A DNA stretch of 64,000 nucleotides, from positions 45,756,001-45,820,000 of the forward strand of contig OX597822.1 in the NCBI GenBank assembly GCA_951406725.2. The letters are read 5' to 3'. Shown piece after piece: positions 10,999-24,800 of this stretch. Made by a program: the position numbers and the translations under genes. Each line of letters starts with the position of its first letter. Position 1 is the first letter of the stretch. Below the pieces are notes generated by a model, which ran no database searches, had not been told where the DNA came from, and worked only from the letters and a program-made list of their open reading frames with translations. The DNA is from Octopus vulgaris. Its lineage: Eukaryota.

Positions 10999-11874
10999 GG
11001 GAGTGAGTGTCAACAGATGAGATCCAGAGATGCTCATTGTAAACAATATTTAGTAGTGCTCAAATGATTTGAACTCACATTCTGAAATCGTTACTGAGGA
11101 CTAATTCCACAGAGGAAAGAGTGGCTGTAAGAGGAATCCAGGTGAGCAGATATAGAGATAATGATGCAAATAAACAAATAAAACCGCATGGGCTAGTTAT
11201 ATAAAACATATATACATATACATAGGTGCAGATGTGGCTGTGTGGTAAGAAGCTTGCTTCCCAACCACATGGTTCCAAGTTCAGTCTCACTGTCTGCTAC
11301 CTTGAACAAATGTTTTCTACTATACCCACAGGCCAACCAAAGCCTTGTGAGTGGATTTGGTAGGCAGAAAATGAAAGAAGCCCATTGAACATACACTTAT
11401 CTGTGTGTTTGTATTTGTCTCTCCACCCTCACTTGGCAACTCATAACTTAGCGGTTCGGCAAAAAACTGATAGAATAAGTACTAAGCTTACAAAGAATAA
11501 GTCCTGGGGTCATTTGCATGATGAAAGGCAGTGTTCTAGCATGGCCGCAATCAGATGACTGAAACAAATAAAAGTTTACACATGAAAATATACAGGTATT
11601 AGATACCTATCTCTCCCTCCTGAAGACAGAAGCCGGATTTACCTAATATTCATTTCATGTATTTAGCCCAAGTGGTTTTATTTGTTTTCGTCAGTCTCTC
11701 TGTCTCATTCATGAAGGTGTGGCTGTTTGGTAAGACACTTGCTTCCCAACCACATGGTTCTGGATTCAGTCCCACTGCATGGTACCTTGGGCAAGTGTCT
11801 TCTGTAGCTTCGGGTCAACCAAAGCCTTGTGAGTGGATTTGTTAGACAGAAAATGAAAGAGGTCTGTCATACAA

Positions 11875-11939
<65 letters not shown>

Positions 11940-11942
<3 letters not shown>

Positions 11943-12190
11943 ATAGAGGTTAAAATAACCACCTTAAGAGATAGAAAATATCCAATGATTTACTGGTTTG
12001 TTACCTATTATTCCTAAAATAATAGGTTTAAGTATAAATCTTGGTTTATAGATATTAAAATTTAAAAAGTGAAGTAGCATTAAAATAATTTATTAACTAC
12101 AAAAATTCAACATGTTCACTTACAGCTGTTTCGATTTTGCCCAAAAGAATTAAATTCCAGTAATTAAATCCATGTTTTAGATTTTAATAT
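11940..12190 (-). mobile_element. PLE-like 3' end carrying only the 3' half of an HHR, nested in a SINE microsatellite
   Basis: Minus strand cGAAA-CAGCTG-TA-agtg at about 12117-12133; no CTGANGA upstream. Confidence 0.5.
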
Positions 12191-12683
12191 ATGTGTGTGT
12201 CTGTGTTTGTCCCCCATCACTGCTTGCCAACTAGTATTGGTGTGCTTACGTCCTTGTAACATAGCAGTTCAGCAAAAGAAACTGATAGAATAAGTACTAG
12301 GCTTCTTTTTTTTTTTTTAAAAGTCACAGGGTCAATTTGTTCAACTAAAACCCTTCAAGGTGTTGCTCCAGCATGGCCACAATCAAAATCGCTGAAGCAA
12401 GTAAAAGTATATCAACACAATAACTTTTGACACTAGTTCTCAGAAGCTTCTTTCTGTGTGGCTATTATTAGCAATTCAGTTCTTCATTTTGTGTTTTTAG
12501 ATATATTGATATGTATTTATATGTGTTTATAAAAACCCATTGATAGTGACACTGTTGAAAACAATATACTCCACACCCAGTTGAACACTTACAGAATTTT
12601 CAGACACAAATCTTATGTTGTTTATTTTCAGTTTGTCAGTAGAATACATATATTACGTCTTGCTGTATATAACACACTATATA

Positions 12684-12895
12684 TAAGGTGGCCCAAAAGT
12701 AGGTTTACAGTCATTACGTAGGCACTTTAAATTTCTGTTAAAACAGTTTATTACATTTCAATTTCTATCTTACTATTGACTAAATTAGCATAGAATGATG
12801 GTTTCATATTTTTCTACAATTAAGATCTAAACTGTTAATATATGAATGTGAAATAGATAGTTGAATAACTGTAAAACTACTCTTGGGCCACCCAC
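12684..12895. mobile_element. Tc1/mariner MITE
   Basis: TA-TAAGGTGGCCCAAAAGTAGGTTTACAGT ... ACTGTAAAACTACTCTTGGGCCACCCAC-TA. Confidence 0.75.
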
Positions 12896-12899
12896 TAAA

Positions 12900-12934
<35 letters not shown>

Positions 12935-12955
12935 GAGTGAGAGAGGGGGGGCAGT

Positions 12956-12999
<44 letters not shown>

Positions 13000-13001
<2 letters not shown>

Positions 13002-13316
13002 AAATAAGCAACAGGATATCAAGTAGTAATGCATTATGACTGTTTCAAGAGGCTCCATTTAATTAAACAATGCAATCATTACATCAATTTAAATGCAGTG
13101 CCATCTTCAGCTGCACAAATAAATAAATGAAATTTTAATAAGTAGGACACATTAATATAATTTTTCTTAAATATTTTAATAAAGTAAGAAGTTGGAAGAA
13201 ATTCATGTTGCTATTGCAGCTAAGAAATTGATGTAATAATTGCATTGCTCAATTAAATGGAGTCGCTTGAAACGGTCATACTGCATTGCTATTTGATATC
13301 CTGTTGCTTATTTTGA
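13000..13316. repeat. About 90-bp inverted repeat pair (PLE-like ends)
   Basis: 13000-13090 is the diverged reverse complement of 13225-13316. Confidence 0.8.
13030..13115 (-). ncRNA. Decayed type I hammerhead with long stem II
   Basis: TGCAG-CTGAAGA-(long AT-rich hairpin)-GAAA-cagtca-TA-aTGCA; the partner arm reads GAAA-cggtca-TA-CTGCA, which restores stem I. Confidence 0.55.
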
Positions 13317-13534
13317 TTTTATTCACCTTACTTCAAGCTGTGTGGGTAATACCGGACTGACTTGGTGCTCCAACTTAAGTACCCAATTCAACTGAATCAT
13401 ATATATCTGCATATATGGGTACAGGATATCACCAACTGTGTAAACAACATGAATTACAAAAACAAACAAATTAAATATGCAAACAACGCGAGAGAAAAAA
13501 AATGGAAAACAGGACAAATAAACACAGGGAAAGG

Positions 13535-13600
13535 ACCCTTCCTCAGTTGTTTAGCTGTCTATCTACTCCTCATTTTGAGCATTCAACGACAATATGAGTC
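13535..13600 (-). ncRNA. Candidate non-circularly permuted hammerhead, copy 3, second family (G12 mutated to A)
   Basis: Minus strand gaCTCA-TA-TTGTcgttg-aat-GCTC-AAAA-TGAG-gagtagatagacagctaa-ACAA-CTGAGGA-a-GGGT; lies in a repeat at about 13400-13745 with the same TCCTGTACCCATATATGCA tail. Confidence 0.55.
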
Positions 13601-13889
13601 TTCAAGGGCAGTTGCTCCCATAAATTCTAAAATAAGCTTTAGGATTTATGGAGAGTCAAAGTTAGGAACAAAAACAGTTTAGTGGAGACATACAAGGAAA
13701 CTGAACAAAAACAAAGATGGTGGGTCGTTATACCAGGATGAGAGGAAAACTGAACACACACACGCACATGCACAAATATAATAAATAACGCATATGTTGT
13801 TAAGAATGAGAGTCAGTGAACCTAATGATTGTATATTTTGTATTTTTATATTTGAAAGTATCTGTTTTCTGTGTAACTGTTTTTTTTTT

Positions 13890-14124
13890 CTTAAGAGGGT
13901 GCTAGAGTTTGAGATGAATGGATGGCGAAAGCGAGGTAGACCGAGGAAAATTTGGAGGGATCAGGTGGAGGAGGAGATTGTGAGGGTGGGCTTGAGAAGG
14001 GAGGATGCCCAAAACCTGGCATGGTGGTGTGAGGGTAGTTGCTATGGCACTGAGGTAGATCCAGCCACCCCTGTTAATGAGGACAAAACCCAGATTCAAA
14101 ATGATGGATGATGATGATGATGAT
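13890..14124 (+). mobile_element. RTE LINE 3' fragment
   Basis: KRVLEFEMNGWRKRGRPRKIWRDQVEEEI...REDAQN, an RTE C-terminal motif, followed by a (GAT)n tail. Confidence 0.75.
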
Positions 14125-16746
14125 CTTTAAATGCACTTCATTTTAATGCTGTTTTGCAATAAGGGACTACTCTATTGGAGGAAACTCTAGTATATTTGGG
14201 CATATTCTTTTTATTTCTTTTACTGACTGCGGCCATGCTGGAGCACCACCTTTAGTTGAACAAATCAACCCCACCTCCAGGACTTATTGTTTGTAAGCCT
14301 AGTATTTATTCTATCGATCTCTATTGCCACACACTCCAACATCGATTGTCAAGTGATGGTGGAGGGACAACACACACACACACCAGTACATACATACTTA
14401 TACATATATATAACGGACTTCTTTCAGTTTCCCTCTGCCAAATCCACTCACAAGGCTTTGGTCAGCCCAAAACTATAGTAGTAGACTTGTGAACAAGGTG
14501 CCATGTAGTTGGGAAGCAAGATTCTTACCACACAGCCACTCATGTGCCTATATATATCATTATCATCTCTAAACATCACTTCACTCAACAGGTCTTCTGA
14601 AACTCAGCATATTGCCAGACGATTGAAAGACACACTTAAATGGGCTGGTTATGCAACACTGGCATAGGCCACAGTTACAGTCTCACTTGGCTTGCTGGGT
14701 TTTCTCAAGTACAGCATATCTAAGTGGACTAGAGCAATGTGAGATGAAGTGCTTTTCTCAAGAACACAAAAATACTACCCAGTCCTTGAATCAAAGCCAT
14801 GATCTTGCAATCATGAGTGTATTGCCCTAACCACCGGGCCACGTACTTTCCTTTTGCCTCACCTTCTTGATAAATGGAGCCCATTGATATTGGTTTCAAA
14901 TTTTAGCACAAGGCCAGCAATTTCAGGAGAAGTGAGTAAGTCGATTACATCAACCCCAGTACGCAACTGGTACTTATTTTATTGACCCCAGAAGGATGAA
15001 AGGCAAAGTCAGCCTTGGTGGAATTTGAATTCGGAATGCAAAGTAGATGAAATGCAGTTAAACATTTTACCCGGTGCACTAATCATTGTGCCAACTCCTC
15101 ATCTTGAAGCCTAATGATATTACTTTTAGGATTATGTACTTAATGCTTTGTGTATAGCTTCCTCTTTCTCCTCCTAAACAGGAAAACTATTGTTCAACCC
15201 TTACACTACCAAAGTACAAGGAAGTATTATATATTGTTGAATTATGTCTGACATATAGCGAGACAAAGGTGGCAATAATTTTTCATATGTTCCTTGTATT
15301 CTCATATAAATTTTGCTTTCTTTCACTATTCGCACTTTTTAAACAGTTTTTTTTTTTTTTCCTCTTCTCTTTTTCATTCTCATTGTTAGTTTATATAGCT
15401 GAATTACAAAGCAATAAAAGAAATTAAACCCTGTTTATAATATACACATTTCCATGAATTCTATGATTATATTCAACACAATGCATTTGAGAAACAATTT
15501 CATGATTTTTCTTATCTTCCCACCATAGCAACTTAGACTCCAATTCAGCTTTAGGATAGGCCATCTAATGTGGTTTTAGACTCTGCTAGAAATAGCAGAT
15601 AAATATCCCTCAGATTACATTCTAACATACTGATGAGGGAAGGATCCGAACAAACGTTAAAAGCACATCCGAATGTGGGGTGTAACTGTCCCACTTATGA
15701 GTACCTGTCATTCATTGGATAATGAACTTTGCTTGCGAAGACCTATTGAGGCAAGTGAAATCAAATCAAAATCACTGACATGGCTGATGACAGTACTGCC
15801 TGATTGCCACTCGTGCCAGTGGAACGTTAAAAGTACATATGAGCATTATCGTTGCCAGGGCCACAGATTGGCTCCCATGCCAGTGGCACGTAAAAAGCAC
15901 CATTTGAGTGTGATTGTTGCCAGCATTGCCTTACCAGCACATGTGCCAGTGGCACATGAAATACATTTGAGCTTGGTCCTTGCCATGTCCACCGGACTGG
16001 CTCCCATGCAGGTAGCACGTAAAAAACACCTTTTGAGCATGGTCATTACCTGTACCACCTGACAGACCCTCATGCCGGTGGCACATAAAAGCACCCACTA
16101 CACTCTCAGAGTGGTTGGCATTAGGAAGGGCATCCAGCTGTAGAAACTTTGCCAGATCAGATTGAGCCTGGTGCAGCCTTTGGGCTCACTAGTCCTCAGT
16201 CAAACTGTCCAACCCATGCCAGCATGGAAAGCAGGCATTAAACGACAATGATGATGATGTAGCCTTAGATACACTACCTCTCTCTTTCTCACTTAATCTT
16301 CATATGTCATGCCAGTTTTACAAACATTGGTGGTCATGGACCCCATACCAAACTCTGCAGATTCTTCATTTTTCTTGAGAAAGATACAGCATTGGTTTTG
16401 TGTTTCTTTTGGCTGATTATTTACAGTTTACATTGCCAGTCTCCAGGTTTCACCCATGAGAAATAAGTCAAACAGGTCCTAGTTGACCCTCAAGCAGGAG
16501 GACTAGTTCACATAACAGCAAGGCATTTCCACACATGCCCTGTATGATTATCTAGGGTGGAGGGTGGCCCTCTACTATGCCCTGTATTCCTTAGCCACTG
16601 GATCCATAGTAAGGGTTTGGACGGGCACTACCATTCAAGCCAGAGCAGACCTGAGATTAGTGATGTAACTCTATACTTCCCGAAACTCCTGAGTTCTCAA
16701 GTTGGAGTCTCACTACCAGATGTAGTTTAATGTCATGCCCTATATA

Positions 16747-17114
16747 CAAGGTAATTCAAAAGTCTCCAGACATAGGAATTTTTTTTTTTTATAAGACACA
16801 GTTTATAAGATCTCTTAGATTCCCTGATCTGACCCCTCTTGATTTCTATCTTTGGGGGCATTTGAAAGGCATGGTGTATTGCAGAAAGATAAGTCCTAAA
16901 TCATTTAAGGAATGCATCACCAACTCATTTGCACACATATCGCCAGATGTGGTATTACGAGGTCACAATGATTGGGGTAAACATATTGCAATGTGTATTC
17001 AAAACAATGGTAACCATATAGAGCCTGTTAAATAAATAAAAAGAAAACTGTTCTTATAAACTGTTTCTTATAAAAAGATAAATTCTTATGTATGGCAACT
17101 TTTGAATCACCCTG
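16747..17114 (+). mobile_element. Tc1-like deletion derivative
   Basis: TA-CAAGGTAATTCAAAAGT ... ACTTTTGAATCACCCTG-TA; peptide PDLTPLDFYLWGHLKGMVY...CIQNNGNHIE. Confidence 0.85.
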
Positions 17115-20046
17115 TAGATATGCTTACTCATTTAAGCCCTTAATTTCCTATAAAAAATAACATCACCACCGTCATCCATTGGCACCCACAGCAGTGTACT
17201 GGTTAAGAGAACAATTACCCCATCCGGTCACCAGCTAAGGATTTTGCTTACTTATTTCCTATGGAGCATCGGCCATCAATGACTTTTCACTACTGATATT
17301 GACTCTGGGATGTCTTCTCCCAGCTCCTGCTGGTTTTGAACTTTTACCTCTAGGCTCCTGTAACTTTGCTTTTTTTCTTAGAGTCTTGGTCCTTTATGAA
17401 CCTATATTCGCTTGGCTTCTATGCTTTGACTTGTCCAGTATGAGCGGCCCTACCAGTAACTTGTGCTCTGCTGGCATTGCTCTCAGGGACATTGAGGCAC
17501 ACAGGCTTCCACACCACAACAAGGATTGGACCTTGTGATGGCAAGACAGTTATACTTTGCCTATTTAAAAATTATTTGGGGCACAACTGGGATGTCATTG
17601 ATCAATAATGCAATGAGGGAAAAAACAATGTTACTTCAGTGACCGGTATATTATTTTAGTTATTTTGCTACTATGGGAGACAACTTTGGGCATGTTTTGG
17701 TCTTATTAAAAACTCCTCAGTGAAATATAGTCTTCACCATACTTGCTAAATCCCCTAACCTTAATTTATGCATGAAAACTAGACAAAGTGCAGCTATGAA
17801 CCAAAGGGAGCTTTATTTAGCATCTTGATCTGCTAGAAATAACAGACAAATTTCCCTCATCTTACAGCCTGCCATCTTAACCAGATATTGGATATTGTGT
17901 CCTAGCTATACAATATCTGAAAGTAAGATGGGATAGTCATGGATGGAATGAGTTTGAACAAAGATCTGATCACGAGGAGTTGCTTTTGGATTAAATGTCA
18001 GCTAATTAAGGAGCAAAACAAACACACATTGGACACTGTAGTCTTAGATGCACTAAGCCTAAAAAATAGATGACTTCTTGCAGATGGAGCATTTTGATTA
18101 TAGGTCTTGTGGCTCCAGACTGACCAGGAGCTAAAGCACAAGAAAAATAATAAACCAAGTGAGGGAGCTTTATATGCTTACTTGATCTGCTAGAAATAGC
18201 AGCCTAATTTCCTTCAAATTAAAAAAGAAAATGACACATTGGATAATCTAGACCTAGATATGCTATACCATAGTAAATAAGCTGAGATAGTCACAGCTGG
18301 AACATCTTTGTGGCAGGTTTGCTGAATCAGCTCAGACTTGGGGATTAACAGCCTCAAACGTATTTTAAATGGGTTTGAGATGTTTTGGCACTGATTCAAC
18401 AGACTTTTCTGGCATTTTAATGTTCTCACTCTCTCTCTCTCTCTACCCCCTCTCTCTTTTTCACTCCAAGAGAAGTTGAATGTCCAGTCAGACATGCCAT
18501 ATTGCCAGTGACCAAACAGCTGCCCCCAGTCGTCTCATTCTCTTGTTATGAGATGGTGGTTGTGGAGGGAGAGTAACAGGCTAGACACTTTTCTTGTTCA
18601 CTTATTATCAAACCTACATTATGGGGTGATTATTTGGTTAATTTGTTAGTTCTGTACTTACTTATTGTGCAGTTTGATCTGTCTGTTCTTTTGTGGCAGA
18701 TGGAACAGGAGACGCAGACAGAAAACTGAAAATGGGGGGGGGGGGGCTCAAAAAGTAAAAACTGACAGAAATAAAAAGACATTTGCAATTGCAAAACTAA
18801 TTATTCAAACAATACAGGCATGGCGACAGATGTATGGAAGGAAATAAAGGTTTTTTTTTTTTTGAGATTTTTTAAAGAGAATAATATATAAATGCATGAA
18901 AAGCCTTATAAAGATAAAAGAGAAGCGTGAGAAGGGTGAGAGAGATGAAACATCGAAGAAGAAAACTGCAATGGGAAACATTGTGTTTTGAAAGAAAGTA
19001 AAAGGAAATAGGAAGGGAAATAAAACTATGGGAAAAGACCTTTTTTTTTTTTTAATGTAAAAATCAAAGCATCAGGTGTGAGATCTTTTAGAATTTATTT
19101 GTGTTGCTAAATTGGATTAATCAGAGACGAGGAAGTTGTTAAATCCATAGCCTGTCATCTACTGTTCCTGTTAACTTAGGTGATAATAAAAAATACGTAC
19201 TTCATTCTTTTGACACTGATTTGTTGGTGGCTCATTTGTTGTGCAACCCTTTTAGCATCCAGGTTACTCTGTCAAATGTAATGCTTATTTATTCACATTG
19301 TTTTGAATTAATCATGAAATATCTTGTAGCTTTGGGATTTCAATGATCTGTTTGTTTAGTTTTGGAAATGACATTGTAGGATAAGCATGGAAAGCTGGAT
19401 TTAGCCAGTTTGAACATAAAACAGAATATTCAGTCTGGAGTTGGGTTGTTTGAACCTAAAACAGGTAGAAAATTTGGACCTGATATTTTTCAAGGAAGGT
19501 GTGAAAAGAAAGAGGTACTGACCCCACTGCCACAGTAAATTGGTTGAAAGGCGGATAACTGTGATGAACACAACCTGAAGCTAAGGACCTGCTCTCAGCA
19601 TGTAGATATAGGCCAAAGAATGGCAGCTAGTTTTCGGCACACCTGTCACAGTAATCTAGGTTGTTTGGGGTTCCTTGATTGAACTTTAAGTCAGGGTTTC
19701 TAATCTTCAAGCTACAAACCAGATCCAGGCCAAGGATGATTTGGTACCAAGCTACACAGCAAGAATAAATTTTAAAATATTATTTCAGTCTGCAGGGCGA
19801 TTCATGGGTCTATGGGAAAATTGTCTTGCATGAAACAAGTTCATTGTTCCAAAAAGGGTGGATAGCACTGCCTCTGGTGACAGTCCTATTTTAATGATAT
19901 TAAATAACCTGTATATTAATTAGTATACAAATATATTTTTATACTGTTTAGATATAGTGTTTACTGTATTTTCATTTTCTATTTCCTTTCCCATTTGATT
20001 TCTTGTTATACCTCACACATTTCATAACCTATCACTGTATTATTAT

Positions 20047-20596
20047 TATTGAGTGAGAGAGCAATAGATTCCATTAAAGTGACGCTGGGGTAAAATATAC
20101 AAAGCCCAGTATACCCATCATGACTATCAGTCTGATAAGGGTACACCAGATACATGCACCACAACCATATGTGCACAACATGGTGGTCTCGTATCAAGAT
20201 ACACAGCACATGACCTTGCAGGTGGGGCCCAGTTAGAATTTTCGTCTGGTCAAGTAACCCATCCTGCTCAAAAGGTCCCTGAATAAGGGTTGTTTAAGGA
20301 TGTTGAACGAAACACCCACGTTTCCAGAGGTGAATTATTCAAACCCCAAAGAATTCCTCTCGACACACGGCTATGATGCTCCCTCACTACTTCTACTCAT
20401 GATCAGAGACGCACATATTTTCAGCCACTAAGAGGCATACTCAACTGAGTAGGGTCAAGCAACTGACAAGCAAATCTGTGGCATTGAGCAGAATATTTGC
20501 TGGTGGCCCAAACAATGTACACAATAACACTTCCAATCAGTTAAGATCAGAAGCCATGAGAGCCACTGCCTGGTACTGCATCAGGGCATTTATCAT
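20047..20596. repeat. Unclassified interspersed repeat in (ATT)n; second copy at 21853-22157
   Basis: Two similar copies beginning TTGAGTGAGAGAGCA...AAAGTGACRCTGGGGTAAAATAT, both beginning at (ATT)n tracts. Confidence 0.7.
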
Positions 20597-20930
20597 TATT
20601 AAGTTGGTGAGCTGGCAGAATTTTTTGCATGCTGTACAAAATGCTTAGCAGCATCTCTGAGTTCAAATTCTTCTGAGGTTATCTTTGCCTTTCATTCTTT
20701 CAGGGTCGATAAATTAAGTACTAGTTGTATACTGGGGTCAATGTAATCAACTTAACCCTGCCACTAAAACTGCAGGTCCTGTGCCAAAATTTGCAACCAT
20801 TTATTATTATTATCATCATTATTGTTATGTTTACATTTAATCTGCATCTTTGTTACAGTCACTTGCTGAGACACATCCAGTGTTCTGGGGCAAGTGAAGG
20901 ATAAGAGATGTTACAATATGACTATTATTA

Positions 20931-20967
<37 letters not shown>

Positions 20968-21416
20968 GGTGGTGAGCTGGCAGAATCGTTAGCACATTAG
21001 GTAAAATGGTTAACAGCATTTTGTCTCTCTGCATGTTCTAGGTTCAAATTCCACTGAGGTCAACTTTGCCTTTCATCCTGTCGGGGTTGATCAATTAAGT
21101 ACCGGTGAAACACTGGGGTCGATATAATTGATTAGTCCCTTCCACGCAAACTTCAGGCCTTGTGCCTTTAGTAGAAAGGATTATTATTATTACTGTTATT
21201 ATTAAGGCAGCGAGCTGGCAGAATTGTTAACATGCCAGACAGGATGCTTAGTGACATTTCATCTGTCTATGTTCTGGGTTCAAATTCTGCTGAGGTCAAC
21301 TTTGCCTTTCATCCTTTTGGGGTCAATAAATTAAAGTACCAGTTCAACACTGGGGTTGATGTAATTGACTTACCCCCTCCCGTAAAATTTTAGGCCTTGT
21401 GCCTTTTGTAGAAAGG

Positions 21417-21452
<36 letters not shown>

Positions 21453-21454
<2 letters not shown>

Positions 21455-21824
21455 CACTTCTGCCTTAATGAAGGTGAAGATATTGTTTTCAGTCATGTTT
21501 GTTTGTCAGTTAGTTTGTCTGTGGACAAGATATCTCAAGAACCACTGGATGAGTTTGGATGAAACTTTTAGGGATGTTTGGCCTCGTGACTGGCGCAAAC
21601 TGATTAGATTTTAGGATCGATCCAGTTCCAGACAGGGATTCTAGATTACTTTTTCTGTTTTTTTACTTTATTTTTGAGAGCAGTCTGGTTCATTTTTAGT
21701 ATTCTAATTTGTGAGAACATTCGAATTTATTTCAGATATTCTCATTTTAAAAATCATCTCTGGCTAATCGTTGAGAGGACGTTGGTGTTGCCTTGGCAGA
21801 GGTTTGCGCTCTCTGAGTGCTCTT
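21453..21824 (+). mobile_element. DINE-1/HINE-like non-autonomous Helentron-type element
   Basis: 5' subterminal inverted repeat, 3' CCTTGGCAGAGGT followed by hairpin GCGCTCtctGAGTGC; copies at 38938-39279 and 55214-55555. Confidence 0.65.
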
Positions 21825-24800
21825 ATTATTATTATTATTATTATTATTATCATTGAGTGAAAGAGCAGTACATGCCATCAAAGTGACACTGGGGTAAAAT
21901 ATATCAAGCCCAGTATACCCATCATGACTACCCATCTGATAAGGGTACACCATGCACATGCACATGGTGATCCCATACCAAGATAAATAGCACATGACTT
22001 TGCAGGTGGTACCCAGTTAGAATTTTCTTCAGGTCAAGTAGCCTATCCTGCTCAAATGGTCTCTGAATAAAGGTTGTTTAAGGATGTTGAATGAAACACC
22101 CATGTTTCCTGAGGTGAATTATCAAAACCCCCAAAGAATTCCTCTCAACACATGGCTATTATTATTATTATTATTAAGGTGACAGGTTGGCAGAATCATT
22201 AGCACACCAGATAAAATGCTTGACAGCATTTCATCCACCTTAACATTCTGAGTTCAAATTCCACTAAGGTCAGTTTTGCCTTCCAGCATTTCAGGGCCAA
22301 TAGAATAAGTACAAGTTGGGCACTAGGGTTGATACAATTGACTATGTCCTCCCCCAGCTCCTGTGAAACATTTACCTTAACTCAATTTGTTTTTTTTTAA
22401 TTGTGCAAAATACTCTGATATCTTCACAATATAACCACTCATATTTATCATATTTGATATTTTTCTAGAATCAATATGAAGTTTCTGTAATTTTCTCTTA
22501 AATTAAGTGTGTAAACCACTGGACTTGATATATATGTATCAAATACATTATGGGAATCATTATAAGTAACATTTCCTTAATCTTTTAGCATTTAAACCAG
22601 CCATATCAGGCCCAAACGTTCCCGCTTGTTTCATGTTCATACTGGCCAGACCTTTGTTGTTGTTGTTATTCCTTTGTAACACAGTCTAGGTAAAAATGCA
22701 CCAGTCTTTAGTCATCTGTCAAGTCACAACAAGGACCTCAGATAATACTTTCCTTAAGATGTACATTGTGCCTTATTATTATTATTATTATTATTATTTC
22801 TATTATTGTTAAGGTGGCGAGCTGGCTGAGTCGTTAGCATGCTGGGCAAAATGCTTATCAGTATTTTGTCTGTCTTTATGTTCTGAGTTCAAATTCCACC
22901 AAGGTCGACTTTGCCTTTCATCCTTTTGGGGTTGATAAATTAAATACCAGTTATGCACTGGGGTCGATGCAATTGATTTAATCCCTTTGTCTGTGGTTGT
23001 TTGTCCCCTCTATGTTCAGCCCCCTGTGGGCAATAAAGAAATAAATATATCAACCACTCAACAACATTCTGAAATAAAAATGGTCTTGTGTTCCTTAAAC
23101 AACTGTACCTCAGCAATTTTGTCACAGTTGCTTACAATAGTACCCAGAAATCATAAGAGAAAGAAATGTCAGCTATCTGGATTGGCCATAGAGAAAGGAA
23201 GGGGTGAGTGCTCTAGTCTGACTGTTCTCATACCTACCATAGAAATCTTGACATAACACCCCAATGAAGTCATTGCTCTCCTCTACATTTTCATTACTCA
23301 GTCATGCTGCTGCTCCCACTTGGACAGTGTTCACAGCTGTCATCAAACATACACCTCTCTCTACCTCTCATTCTCCACTTCTCTACAGGTGTATACTAAA
23401 GAGAGGACAGGTAACAAGAGGAGGTAAAAGAATACTACTGTAACATCCTATACCAGCAGTTTCCTGTCTTAAGTAATGTTACCTTTCCAAATACATTGCA
23501 TAGTAGCCATGTAATATAATGGATATCAAGCCAAACCAATCCTTACCTTTGACGTAAGTTCTTTGCATTCCCATCCACAACCTTCATTGTTTCATACCTT
23601 ACTGACAACCTGGTCTGAAGGACACATTCATACATACTCTCTCATACACACTTGGCTAAACATACGCATGCAATCACATATACACACACAGACTTGTGTA
23701 CTGAAGTGAGCAAAGATTCACTTTTGATTATAGTATATAGCATATCTTTATCTATACACACATGATATATATAATAATAATAATAATAATCATCATTTAA
23801 CGTCCGCTTTCCATGCTGGCATGGGTTGGACGGTTCAACTGGGGTCTGGGAAGCCAGAAGGCTACACCAGGCCCAGTCTGATCTGGCAGTGTTTCTACAG
23901 CTGGATGCCCTTCCTAATGCCAACCACTCCGTGAGTGTAGTGGGTGCTTTTTACGTGCCACCAGCACAGGTGCCAGACAAGGCTGGCAGACGGCCACGAT
24001 CGGATGGTGCTTTTTACATGCCACCGGCACAGGGACCAAACGAAGCTGGCAACGGCCACGGTCGGATGGTGCTTTTTACGTGCCACCAGCACGGAGGCCA
24101 GTCAGGCGGCGCTGGCAACGGCCACGTTCGGATGGTTCTCTTACGTGCCACCGAATTATGATAATAATAATAATTATAATAATAATAATAGTTGCTTAAG
24201 TAATGAGAAGATAGATTTGGTATTGATCTTTTTGTACAACAGTCGTTTTGACCCACCCTGCTATGGTCCCTTATGGGTGGGACTCTTTACGACATGTTGT
24301 GTTGCATCAATTTTGCAGTCTGGGTCTCATTGGGTACATCCATACATAAAGGTTTGTGTCTCGTTAAAGATCCCGAGTTTTGGCTGTCATGTTGTTATCT
24401 GGTTCGGGGAATGGAGCTTCACTACAATATTCAATTACTACTATCTTATTTAATTCCTTAGGACAGCATGATCTCTAAGCTAACACAACAGATGATCTGT
24501 CTAAAGAGGCATAATATGTCCTCTGAAACTTTACACCTTGTGTGCAGATATTGGTGTTCACATATGTTCAGATAAGTAACTTTACAATGCAGGTGTATAA
24601 TAATGATTTTGTAATAAGAGCTGTGTCCGGCTGTCTGTAGAGAAGTAGAGTTGGGAAGCGGAGGGAGAGAAAGAAAGAGAGACAGACATAACATATGCAT
24701 ATGTAAAAGGAATGTCTGTCTGAAGCCAGGAAAAGAGGGAATGAAATAGAAAGTTTGCTTAGTTTTATACTTCATGCTGTGTAAATAAGATACAAATATT

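Noticed and set aside
15625-15665. CTGATGA...GAAC hammerhead-like match
   Set aside because: GAAC instead of GAAA, and no stem I complementarity.
23389-23410. 22-nt micro-exon after a strong pyrimidine tract
   Set aside because: Weak donor (GTAACA) and no supporting frame; cannot be supported without RNA data.
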